This document shows positions 19,131 to 28,056 of a stretch of 64,000 bases of DNA, piece by piece (within the stretch, counting starts at the first letter, position 1; each line of letters begins with the position of its first letter). The position numbers and the translations under genes are program-made. The notes beneath the pieces were generated by a model. The model was not told the origin of the DNA. It saw nothing but the letters and a program-made list of their open reading frames with translations, and ran no database searches. This DNA comes from an uncultured delta proteobacterium. Lineage in GTDB: Bacteria > Myxococcota_A > Polyangia > Polyangiales > Polyangiaceae. The stretch lies in contig CAWDXG010000004.1 in the NCBI GenBank assembly GCA_963806225.1, positions 5,472,001 through 5,536,000 on the forward strand, given 5' to 3'.

Positions 19131-19670
19131 ATGCGATTGGAGAAAGGCAGCCGGGCACCTGATTGTGGCGCAACCAGCTTGCGCGGCGAGAGTATCCGGC
19201 TGTCGGCGGAGTGGTCGCAGGGGCCGCTCTGGCTCGCGTTCTTCCGGTTCGCGGCGTGCCCACTGTGCAACCTGCGCGTGCACGAAATGATCGAGCAATG
19301 GAGCCGCTTCGACGGCAAGCTCAGGCTGATTGCCGTGTTCCAGTCGCCGGCTTCGCGGCTGGAAGAGTTCGTCGCCACGCAGGACCCGCCGTTCACCTTG
19401 ATCGCGGATCCGGAGATGGCGCTCTACGCCGAGTACGCGGTCGAGGTGTCGTTCATGAAGGCCCTGTCCGCGCAGGTAGCGCGGAGGACAGTTCAGGCGA
19501 AACGCAAGGGGTTCCGGGTAATCCCTCCGATGGATGGCCCGACCTTCCGCGTGCCGGCCGACTTCCTGATCGAGCGCGGCTTTGTCAAGGTCGCGCACTA
19601 TGGCAAGAACCTCTCGGACCACATCCCGTTCGAGACCGTCGAGCGTTTTCTGGGCTCCCCAGCAAGTTAG
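19131..19670 (+). CDS. AhpC/TSA (peroxiredoxin-like, thioredoxin fold) protein
   Basis: GSRAPD; WLAFFRFAACPLCN (CxxC); LIADPEMALYAEY; RVPADFLI; AHYG...DH. Confidence 0.8.
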   Translation: MRLEKGSRAPDCGATSLRGESIRLSAEWSQGPLWLAFFRFAACPLCNLRVHEMIEQWSRFDGKLRLIAVFQSPASRLEEFVATQDPPFTLIADPEMALYAEYAVEVSFMKALSAQVARRTVQAKRKGFRVIPPMDGPTFRVPADFLIERGFVKVAHYGKNLSDHIPFETVERFLGSPAS

Positions 19671-19822
19671 GTTCGAGCTTTCCTGGTTTCGAAGGAAATC
19701 CGGCCGCTCGCGGCTGCCGCCCGTATTCCGCAGAGCGTGTTCCATCGGGATGTAGGCCGAGGTGGCATGGTGCCCAGGGTCTTCACTCCGGGCAGCAGCT
19801 GATGTAGTCATCGTAGCGCAAG

Positions 19823-21205
19823 GTGAATCGGGTACTCGTCGCCGGAGGGCATTCCGTCAGGGAACAGGTCGTCGACCAGCTCCGGCGTCGCGGGCACGAA
19901 TCTGCGGCGGCGGACGGAGGCGCGGACTGCGTGCGTCGGTTCACGCGCGACGGGGCCGACCTCATCGTCGCCTGTCTGCCCGTGCCGGGGTCGAACGGCC
20001 TGGAGCTGCTTGAATCGCTGCGCTGCGCGGATCGCTCGGTGCCGATCGTCGTGTGCGGAAGCGACGCCGCGCTGGACGGCGCGGCACAGGCGTACGAGCA
20101 CGGGGCGTTCGAGTACGTTCAGGATCCGGTAAAGGACATCCACGACCTGCTCTCCGCGGTGGGCGTAGCGCTCGGGTCGCGGCGCGGCGACGCCCAGTTC
20201 CGTTACCTCATGGAGAAGGATGCAGACCAGGCCCGGTGGGACGCGTTCATCGGCACATCGCCGTCGATGCAGGAGGTCTACCGCGTGGTGCGCCTGCTCT
20301 GCGACCGCAGTTCGCGTGGAGGCGCTCCTACCGTGCTCATCACGGGCGAAACCGGCACGGGCAAGGGCATGCTGGCGAAGTGCATCCACTACAACGGCGG
20401 GCGCCGCACCAAGGCGTTCGTCGAGGTGAACTGCGCCAGCATCCCCGGCAATCTGCTGGAGTCCGAACTCTTCGGCCACGAGCGGGGCGCCTTTACGGAC
20501 GCCCACGCCTCGCGTGCGGGCCTGTTCGAGACGGCAGATCGCGGCACCCTGTTTCTCGATGAGATAGGCAGTGTGCCGATGCCGCTGCAAGCCAAGCTGC
20601 TCACGGCAATCGAGGAGAAACGTATCCGCCGTTTGGGCGCGCGGCAGTCGAAGGTTGTGGACGTCCAGATCGTCGCGGCGACGCACGTCGACCTCAAGAA
20701 GGCGGTGCGCGACCACGCCTTCCGCGCTGATCTGTACCATCGGCTCAATGTGGTCGTGGTGCGCATGCCTGCGCTCAGGGAGCGTGGCAACGACAGGCTG
20801 CTTCTCGCCGAGTCCTTCCTTGCCCGCACCTGCGCCGAGTACGGCCTTCACCCGCGCTCGTTCAGCAAGGCGGCGCGGCGCCACCTGCTCGAGTACCATT
20901 GGCCGGGCAATGTGCGCGAGCTGAAGAACCAGATCGAGCGCATCGTACTTTTGCACAACGACGAGGAGATCGACGTCGAGCACTTCGAGGCAGGGCGCTC
21001 GAGTCTGCCGCCCGAGCCGAATGACTTCCTTTTGTCGCTGCCGGAAGACGGGGTCGCGCTCGACGACATCGAGCGCGAGGCGATCCGCCGCGCCCTCCAG
21101 CGCACGAGCGGCAACGTCTCTCGCGCGGCCCGCTTTTTGCGGGTGACGCGGCAGACGTTGATCTACCGCATGAGAAAGCACGGGCTCGAAGCGACGAGCG
21201 CCTAG
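19823..21205 (+). CDS. Sigma54-dependent transcriptional activator with degenerate (pseudo-)receiver domain
   Basis: Walker A GETGTGKG; ESELFGHERGAFTDA; LFLDEIG; FRADLYHRL; WPGNVREL; Fis HTH GNVSRAARFL. The N-terminal receiver fold lacks the catalytic residues. Confidence 0.9.
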   Translation: MNRVLVAGGHSVREQVVDQLRRRGHESAAADGGADCVRRFTRDGADLIVACLPVPGSNGLELLESLRCADRSVPIVVCGSDAALDGAAQAYEHGAFEYVQDPVKDIHDLLSAVGVALGSRRGDAQFRYLMEKDADQARWDAFIGTSPSMQEVYRVVRLLCDRSSRGGAPTVLITGETGTGKGMLAKCIHYNGGRRTKAFVEVNCASIPGNLLESELFGHERGAFTDAHASRAGLFETADRGTLFLDEIGSVPMPLQAKLLTAIEEKRIRRLGARQSKVVDVQIVAATHVDLKKAVRDHAFRADLYHRLNVVVVRMPALRERGNDRLLLAESFLARTCAEYGLHPRSFSKAARRHLLEYHWPGNVRELKNQIERIVLLHNDEEIDVEHFEAGRSSLPPEPNDFLLSLPEDGVALDDIEREAIRRALQRTSGNVSRAARFLRVTRQTLIYRMRKHGLEATSA

Positions 21206-21298
21206 GACGTGTTGTGGACGGTCCTCTTCGAGCAGGATCTCCGGGCCACTCGCTCCCGGCGAATAGGCTTGCCCTCGCGGAGCAGGCCCTGCCAGCGA

Positions 21299-22162
21299 TC
21301 ACGCGCCGCTGTCCGGTCCCGGCAGCTTCGCCGCCGCTTCCGGCGTGAGCTCGCCGCCGAGCACGCGGGCGAGACGCGGGTCGTCCAGTGCACGCATGTG
21401 TGCCGCCTTGTGGCCGTGGCGGATGGCAACAAGCTCGGCGACGATGCTGACGGCAATCTCCTCCGGGCTGACGGCGCCGATGTCGAGGCCGACCGGGGAG
21501 TAGACGCGCTCGAGCGCGGGCAGCCCGCGGCGCGCGTGGATGCGTTGCAGCACGCGGTACACCTTGCGGCGGCTGCCTATCATTCCGATGTAGCGGTGCG
21601 GCAGCCGCGCGAACGTATCCAGCGCCTCTTCGTCGAGGCGGTGGTCGTGCGTCACGATGAGCAGCCAGTCGGTGCCCTGCGGGTCGACCTGCTTGGCCGC
21701 TTCGCCCGGTTCGGCCTGGACCAGCTTGCAACCGGGAAAACGCTCGGCGGTGTTCAGCTCCTCGCGGTCATCCACGATGGTGACCTCGAAGCCGACGCTC
21801 CGGGCCAGGGCGGCCGTGGGCCGGGCCACGTGTCCGGCTCCGAACACCACCAGCCTCTGCACCGCCTCGATCGGTTCCACGAAAACCTCCATGCGTCCGC
21901 CGCAGCACATTCCGAGATCGCGGCCCAGGTCGTGGACGACCAGCTCGCGGCGGCCGTCGACGCGGCAGGTCCGCAGATCCTCGATCACCGCCTGTTCGAT
22001 GGCGCCCCCGCCCACCGTACCGACGATGCTGTCGTCCGGCATCAAGAGCAGCCGCGCGCCCGCGATCTGCGGCGTGGAGCCGCCGGTGCGTACGACCGTT
22101 GCCAACGCACCGCGGCGTCCGCTCTCCAGAACCCGCAGGATGGCTTCGCTGATGTCCCGCAT
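21299..22162 (-). CDS. xdhC: Xanthine dehydrogenase accessory/maturation factor
   Basis: GSTPQIAGARL, GTVGGGAIE, LGMCCGG, VFGAGHVA, THDHRLDE, YIGMIGSRRK, SPVGLDIGA..PEEIAVSI; start at ATG 22162. Confidence 0.9.
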   Translation of the reverse strand: MRDISEAILRVLESGRRGALATVVRTGGSTPQIAGARLLLMPDDSIVGTVGGGAIEQAVIEDLRTCRVDGRRELVVHDLGRDLGMCCGGRMEVFVEPIEAVQRLVVFGAGHVARPTAALARSVGFEVTIVDDREELNTAERFPGCKLVQAEPGEAAKQVDPQGTDWLLIVTHDHRLDEEALDTFARLPHRYIGMIGSRRKVYRVLQRIHARRGLPALERVYSPVGLDIGAVSPEEIAVSIVAELVAIRHGHKAAHMRALDDPRLARVLGGELTPEAAAKLPGPDSGA

Positions 22163-22251
22163 CGGGCGATCATACTGCGGATTTAGGCAGAGCGCCTGCC
22201 CGCGCTGGGGATTCCGGTCGAGACGGCGGAGCTTCCCCTTCGTCTCGCGCG

Positions 22252-22836
22252 CTACTCCTTGATCTGCGATAGCGCGACGTGGACGGGGCGGTCCTTGGAC
22301 GCAGGCCAATTGATGAACAGGCTGGCGCGGTTGCCGTCGCGGTGGATGCGCATCTTCATGGTGCGGCCCTTCTTCAGCCGGAACACGAAGTCCGCGTCTT
22401 TGCCGGGCTTGATCGAGTCGAAGTAGTCGGCGTTCGATTTCGGAAGGCCGTCCTTGTCCGAGATGCTCTTGATGTCGCCGTCGCAGTGCACCTTGATCCA
22501 CTCGCGGACGATCTTCATGTAGCAGTCGTGCGCCTGCGAGTTCGCGCCCTGCGTGTTCACCTCTGCGGCGGCGCCCCACTCGGCGACGGTCGGCGGCTTG
22601 GAGCGCCCCTCCGGGATCGGGGGAACGCCGCGCTCGTCCACGGCGGGAGCAGCGGCGCGTGTTCCGGTTGGCGCCGCGCTGGACGCCGCAGCGGGCACCG
22701 CCGCGCTCGCCTGCGGGGTCGCTGCCGGTGCGGTCGCGGGCGGTGCCGGCACGGGGTCCGGCGCTTTCTTCTTCTTGCAGGCGATGAGGGCGAATAGCAC
22801 CAGCCCCAGCCCCAGTGACGAGGTCTTCAGGTTCAT
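22252..22836 (-). CDS. Hypothetical lipoprotein
   Basis: GAGGAGG RBS; MNLKTSSLGLGLVLFALIAC lipobox; Pro/Ala linker; small C-terminal domain (PTVAEW...CYMKIVREWIKVHC). Confidence 0.65.
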   Translation of the reverse strand: MNLKTSSLGLGLVLFALIACKKKKAPDPVPAPPATAPAATPQASAAVPAAASSAAPTGTRAAAPAVDERGVPPIPEGRSKPPTVAEWGAAAEVNTQGANSQAHDCYMKIVREWIKVHCDGDIKSISDKDGLPKSNADYFDSIKPGKDADFVFRLKKGRTMKMRIHRDGNRASLFINWPASKDRPVHVALSQIKE

Positions 22837-22968
22837 TGGGGTTTCCTCCTCGCGGATCGTTACAGGGCAACCCCATCGGGCACAAGCCAGCCTGCCGGAC
22901 AACGGCGCGACAGCCTTGCGCAGCAATTTCGAGGTGCACTCCAGCGCGAGCCGGGCGACGCTCGCAGC

Positions 22969-23775
22969 ATGGGCGAGACGCGGGAGCTCCGGATGCCGGA
23001 CGGCACGCGCATCGCGTGGGACGAGCTCGGCGACGGCCCGGCCGTGGTGCTCGTCCACGGGCTCGGGTCGTCGAGGCGGCGCTGGCAGCTGGCGCAGCAG
23101 GAGATCGCCGATGCGGGCTTCCACGCGCTCCGCTACGACCTCCGCGGCTTCGGCGAGTCGAGCTCGGCAGACAAGCCGCACGGCATGGAGGAGCAGCTCG
23201 CCGATCTCGAGTGCTTCGCCGACAGCTTCCCGCTCTCGCGCTTCCACCTGGTCGGCCACTCGCTCGGCGGCATGATCGCCGCGCGCTACGCGGTGACGCA
23301 TCCCGGGCGCGTGCTGTCGCTGGTGCTGGCCTCGACGACCTCGCACAACGGACGCCGCGCCAGCGCGTTCGCCGAGGCCATGGTGATGCTGTCGGAGCGC
23401 GGCTTCGACGCCGCGTTCGCGGACGACCAGCGCCGCCCCGAGCTGGAACGCGCGCTCGCCGAGGCGTTTCCCGGCGGTCCGCCTCCGCTCGAGATGTTGC
23501 GCGTCGGGCTGGAGGAGCCGGACCGCGCGCGCGCGAACGCCTGGCGTGCCTGCGTTGGCTTCAGCGTGAAGGACGAGCTCGGACGCCTCGGATGCCCCGT
23601 GCTGGTGATGCACGGATCGGCCGATCCGCTGATCCCGTTCCGCGCGGGCCAGCTGATCCACGAGGCGATCCCGCACTCGGAATGGCGGGCCGAGCACGGC
23701 GCGGGGCACTCGTTGCCGACGTCGCGGGCCGGCTCGTTCAACAGCGCGCTCGTCGACTTCCTGACAAGATCCTGA
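22969..23775 (+). CDS. Alpha/beta fold hydrolase
   Basis: VLVHGLG, YDLRGFGES, nucleophile GHSLGG, HGSADP, GAGH. Confidence 0.88.
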   Translation: MGETRELRMPDGTRIAWDELGDGPAVVLVHGLGSSRRRWQLAQQEIADAGFHALRYDLRGFGESSSADKPHGMEEQLADLECFADSFPLSRFHLVGHSLGGMIAARYAVTHPGRVLSLVLASTTSHNGRRASAFAEAMVMLSERGFDAAFADDQRRPELERALAEAFPGGPPPLEMLRVGLEEPDRARANAWRACVGFSVKDELGRLGCPVLVMHGSADPLIPFRAGQLIHEAIPHSEWRAEHGAGHSLPTSRAGSFNSALVDFLTRS

Positions 23776-23880
23776 CATTTCGCGGGAAATGGCCCGCGCC
23801 CGGGGTTCTGACCCCTCGCAGGAGTCCTGTCATCCGAGTTGACGTAGTGTTCCAGACAGGCGTAATTTAAGCCGGTAGCC

Positions 23881-26800
23881 GTGAGCCAGGTGGCGCCAAC
23901 CAGGTTGACCGAATGGCGCTTCCGCCCGATCGAGCCGCTCGGGGTGGGAGCGACGAGCCGGGTGTGGTTGGCAGAGGACCTGGAGCAGGGGGGGCGCGTC
24001 GCGCTCAAGGTCGCGAGCGATGCGGCGCACGCGGCGACACTGGCTGCCGAGGCGGAGCGACTGCTGTTCGTGGACTCGCCCGCGCTGGCGGCGCTGCGTG
24101 ACGTGGGCCGCGTGCCGGCGGGAGTGGACCAGCTCGAGACGGGAGCGGCGTACTTCGCGCTCGACTGGGTCGCCGGGCGCGAGCTCGATGTGCGCGCGGC
24201 GCGACCGGCAGCGGAACGCGAGGGGCTCGCGCTCGTGGTCGCCCGGGACGTGGCGGCGGCGCTGGAAGAGCTCCACGGCGCCGGCTCGGCGCACGGCGAC
24301 GTGAAGCCGGCCAACATCGTGCTCGGCGAGCACGGCGCGCACCTGATCGATCTGGGTCTGGGGGACGCCGCGGATCGAGCTACACCGCGCGGAGGGACGC
24401 CCCGCTACCTGGCGCCGGAAGTGTTCGACGCGGCGCGCGCCGGCGACGGCCGTGCGCGCGATCTATGGGCCCTCGGAATCGTGCTGGCCGAGATCGCGAG
24501 CAGCGCCGTGGCCGCGTCCGGGGACCCGTCGGGCGCGGCGCGCGACGCGGATCTGCCGGGGGCGTTGGAGCCCGTCGTGCGGGCGTTGCTCGCTCCTGCT
24601 CCGGGTGCGCGGCCTTCGGCAGCGTGGGTACGCCGACGCGCGCTGTCCGTTCTCGGCGGTGGCGAGAGCGAGGATGCGCGGAGACAACGGCGCCGGCGCG
24701 CGGTGCGCCGCGCCTATCTCGGAGTGCGGCGCCGCGAGCTGCTCTCGGCTGCGCGCTACGCGCGCGGCGCGGTGCGCGTCGAGGGCGAGCCCGGCTTGTG
24801 GCTCACGCGCGCGTCGGAGCTGGCGCGGCGGGTGGCGGCGCTGGGAGGACAGCTCATCGATCGCGAAGCCCCGCCGCTCCCGCCGCTGGACCCGCTCGGC
24901 CGCTCTCGCTGGCTGGTCGCGCTGGTGGGCCCGGCGGCTGCGGCCTGGCCCCCGCTGGAGGTCGCTTCCGACGCGGCGCTCGCCGAGCGCCTGCTGGCCG
25001 CCTGCGACCACGCGGAGCCTTTGAGCTTCACTCTTCCCGGGATCGAGCAGGGCAGCCCGCTGGCGCCCGCGCCGCTCGATGCGGAGCCCGTCGCTATCGC
25101 GCTCGCGCTCGGCGAGGCCGGCGTAGATCCGGCCGTGCTCGACGTGGCCGAGCAGCTCGTGCTTTCCGGCGAGGCGCCCCCTCTGCTCGGTCTGGCCCTC
25201 GGCCGCGTGCTCAGGCTCCGCGGTCAGCTGGGCCGGGCGCTGTCGGTGTTGTCGAGGGTGGATCGACCGGAGGCGGCGCTGGAGGCTGCAGAGGCGGCGC
25301 GTCGCGCGGGCGCGCTGGAGCGGGCGGAAGAGCTGCTGGACGCGGTCGACGAGTCGACGTGCGAAGCGCCGGCGCGCGCGCGGCTGGCAGCGACCCGTGC
25401 GCGCATGCGGCTCGATCGCGGGCAGCCCGGAGAGGCGATCGAGCTGCTGGACAACGCTCCGTCGTCGGCCGCGACGTTCGAGACCCGCGCGCTGTGCGAG
25501 CTTGCCATGGGAAAGCGCGACGAGGCGGAGCGCAGCCTGGCCCGGGCCCGCGCGCTTGCCGACAGCGAGGAGCAGCGCGCGCGGGTGGCGGGCGTCGAGG
25601 GAACGCTCGCGCACCATGGCTGGGGCGACGCCGAGCGCGAGCTCCGGGCGTTCCAGCGCGCGGCCGAGCACGCGGCGCACGCCGGCGCGGTGCTGGAAGA
25701 GGCGACGTATCTGACCGGCGTCGCCGCGGCGGCGACGAACCTCGGCGAGCTGGGCGCCGCGCTCTCGGCGGCCGGGCGCGCGACGCTGCTGTTCGAGTGT
25801 CTGGGGCGGAGCGCGGAGGCAGCGCGCGCGGCGCTGGCGCGCGCGTCCGTGTTCACGGTGGCGGGCGCGGTCGCCGAGGCGCGCGAGGCGGCGGCCGACG
25901 CGATCGCGCGGGCGCGCGGCGCAGCCGATGCGCGCTGCCGTGCCTACGCGCATCTCGACCTCGCCGACGTGCTGCCCGACGACGACCCGGAAGGCATCGA
26001 ACACGCGCGGCGCGCCGAGGCGTTGCTCGCCGACCCATCGAAAGACGACGCGCTGCGCGTGGGTGCGCGTCTGCTCCGCCGCGGACAGCGGCTGGACGTC
26101 GCAGCGCTGGACCGCTCGGGGCGCGACGGCGGGGTGGGCGTCGACGCGCGGCTCGAGTGGTGGGGAGCGCGTGCGCACGCTGAATCGCGGCGCGACCAGC
26201 CGGTGCGTGCGGACGCGATCCTGGCCGGGCTGGAATCGCTGGCGACCGAGCGTTCGCCGATCGCCGTGCGCGGGCCGGCGCTGGCGGCGGGGGCAGGGCT
26301 CGCAGCCCGCGTCGGCGACGGCGATGCGGCGCGCCGGCTGGCCCAGGCGAGCGGCGAGGCGGCGCGCGAGCTCACGCGCCGCGCTCCGCCGGAGCTGCGC
26401 GCGTCGATCGCCGGGCTTGGATGGGCTCTGTCGGTGCAGTCGCCGCGGGAGAGCAGCATCGCGCCCGAACAGCTTGCGGACATCGAGACGCTCGTGCGCG
26501 CGCTCGGCCGCCGCGACCGCCTGCGCCCGCTGCTCGACCAGGTGTTGGACGCGCTGGTGCTGTGGACGGGGGTGGAGCGCGGGCTCCTCTTGCTCCGGGC
26601 GCCTGGCGGCAAGCTGGTGCCGCGTGCGGCGCGCAATCTGGCCAGGAGCGACCTCGAGGGCGCACAGCTCGAGCTGAGCCACAGCCTGGCGGAGCGAGCG
26701 CTGGCCGAGCGCGAGACCGTGGTGGCGGTCGACGCCGCGGGCGAGATGCCCGAGGTACACGCCAGCGTACACGCGCTCAAGCTGCGCAGCGTGCTGGCTG

Positions 26801-28056
26801 TGCCGCTGGTGGCGCGGGGCGAGGCCCTCGGCGTGGTGTACCTCGACGACCGCGTGCGACGCGGGGCGTTCGGGCCGCGCGAGCTTGGTTGGGTCAGGCT
26901 GGTGGCGGCGCTGGCGGCGGTGGCCATCGCCGATGCGCGCGACCAGCTCGAGCTCAGGCGCGCCGCGCGTCGCGCGCGCCGCGCGGAAAAGCGGCTGGCC
27001 GAGACGCTGGCGCGGCGCGAGGCCGAGCTGGACGTGGCGGAACGCGAGCTCGGCCGCGCGCGCGACGCGCGCGCGACGCGCTTCAGCTACGACGCTATCG
27101 TCGGCCAGAGCGCGCCGCTCGAGAGCATGCTCGGGCTGGTGGATCGCGTCGCGCTCTCGGAAGTGCCGGTGCTGGTCGTCGGTGAATCGGGCAGCGGCAA
27201 GGAGCTGGTGGCGCGCGCTCTCCACGACAATGGGCCGCGCGCCGGAAAGGCCTTCGTGACCGAGAACTGTGGCGCGATTCCCGAGAGCCTGCTCGAGTCG
27301 GCGCTGTTCGGGCACGTGCGCGGCGCGTTCACGGGCGCGTCGCGGCCGCGCGCAGGACTGTTCGAGGTGGCGGACAAGGGGACGCTGCTGCTCGACGAGA
27401 TCGGCGAGATGAGCCTGCCCATGCAGGCCAAGCTGCTGCGCGTGCTGCAGGACGGCGAGATCCATCCCGTGGGCTCGGAGCGGTCGCGGCGCGTGGACGT
27501 CCGCGTCATCGGTGCGACGCATCGCGACCTGGGCGCGATGGTGGAAGAAGGACGCTTCCGGCAGGACCTCCTGTACCGGCTGGACGTGATCAGTATCCGC
27601 GTGCCGCCGCTGCGCGAGCGCCAGGGGGACATTGCGCTGCTGGCGCGTCACTTCGTGAAGAAGCACGCGGGCAAGCGGCGCGTGCGCCTCTCGAAGGCGG
27701 CGATGTCGGCGCTGTCGGCGTTTGCCTGGCCCGGCAACGTGCGCCAGCTCGAGAACGAGATGCGGCGCGCGTTGGTGCTGGCCGACGAGCTGATCGACCT
27801 GGAGCACCTGTCGCCGGAGGTGCTCGATCGCGGCGGTGCCGAGGCGCGCCCCGATGGGCTGAACGTGCGGCAGCGCGTGGATGCGCTCGAAGCGGAGTTG
27901 GTGCGGACGGCGCTCGAGCGCACCGGCGGCAACCAGACGCGCGCCGCCGAGCTGCTCGGCTTGTCGCGCTTCGGCCTGCAGAAGATGATGCGACGGCTCG
28001 GGATCCAGCCGCGCGCTTTACGCCGCCGCGCTGCAGCGCTAGGCGACAGCGGATGA
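23881..28056 (+). CDS. Ser/Thr kinase - helical/TPR-like - GAF - sigma54 AAA+ - Fis HTH multidomain activator
   Basis: Kinase motifs LGVGATSRV, VALK, HGDVKPANI, DLG, GTPRYLAPE; GAF (RSVLAVPL..GVVYLDD); GESGSGKE, GAFTGA, WPGNVRQL, GNQTRAAELLG. Confidence 0.88.
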   Translation: MSQVAPTRLTEWRFRPIEPLGVGATSRVWLAEDLEQGGRVALKVASDAAHAATLAAEAERLLFVDSPALAALRDVGRVPAGVDQLETGAAYFALDWVAGRELDVRAARPAAEREGLALVVARDVAAALEELHGAGSAHGDVKPANIVLGEHGAHLIDLGLGDAADRATPRGGTPRYLAPEVFDAARAGDGRARDLWALGIVLAEIASSAVAASGDPSGAARDADLPGALEPVVRALLAPAPGARPSAAWVRRRALSVLGGGESEDARRQRRRRAVRRAYLGVRRRELLSAARYARGAVRVEGEPGLWLTRASELARRVAALGGQLIDREAPPLPPLDPLGRSRWLVALVGPAAAAWPPLEVASDAALAERLLAACDHAEPLSFTLPGIEQGSPLAPAPLDAEPVAIALALGEAGVDPAVLDVAEQLVLSGEAPPLLGLALGRVLRLRGQLGRALSVLSRVDRPEAALEAAEAARRAGALERAEELLDAVDESTCEAPARARLAATRARMRLDRGQPGEAIELLDNAPSSAATFETRALCELAMGKRDEAERSLARARALADSEEQRARVAGVEGTLAHHGWGDAERELRAFQRAAEHAAHAGAVLEEATYLTGVAAAATNLGELGAALSAAGRATLLFECLGRSAEAARAALARASVFTVAGAVAEAREAAADAIARARGAADARCRAYAHLDLADVLPDDDPEGIEHARRAEALLADPSKDDALRVGARLLRRGQRLDVAALDRSGRDGGVGVDARLEWWGARAHAESRRDQPVRADAILAGLESLATERSPIAVRGPALAAGAGLAARVGDGDAARRLAQASGEAARELTRRAPPELRASIAGLGWALSVQSPRESSIAPEQLADIETLVRALGRRDRLRPLLDQVLDALVLWTGVERGLLLLRAPGGKLVPRAARNLARSDLEGAQLELSHSLAERALAERETVVAVDAAGEMPEVHASVHALKLRSVLAVPLVARGEALGVVYLDDRVRRGAFGPRELGWVRLVAALAAVAIADARDQLELRRAARRARRAEKRLAETLARREAELDVAERELGRARDARATRFSYDAIVGQSAPLESMLGLVDRVALSEVPVLVVGESGSGKELVARALHDNGPRAGKAFVTENCGAIPESLLESALFGHVRGAFTGASRPRAGLFEVADKGTLLLDEIGEMSLPMQAKLLRVLQDGEIHPVGSERSRRVDVRVIGATHRDLGAMVEEGRFRQDLLYRLDVISIRVPPLRERQGDIALLARHFVKKHAGKRRVRLSKAAMSALSAFAWPGNVRQLENEMRRALVLADELIDLEHLSPEVLDRGGAEARPDGLNVRQRVDALEAELVRTALERTGGNQTRAAELLGLSRFGLQKMMRRLGIQPRALRRRAAALGDSG

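Noticed and set aside
15385..21298. Mobile element or prophage call for the inserted block
   Set aside because: No integrase, transposase, tRNA target or terminal/direct repeats were seen.
24463..27807. 1114 aa antisense ORF, and similar long shadow ORFs (e.g. 60-2495, 3905-5737, 12085-14058, 16223-17779)
   Set aside because: They overlap well-supported genes, lack motifs, and are expected from stop-codon scarcity in high-GC coding DNA.
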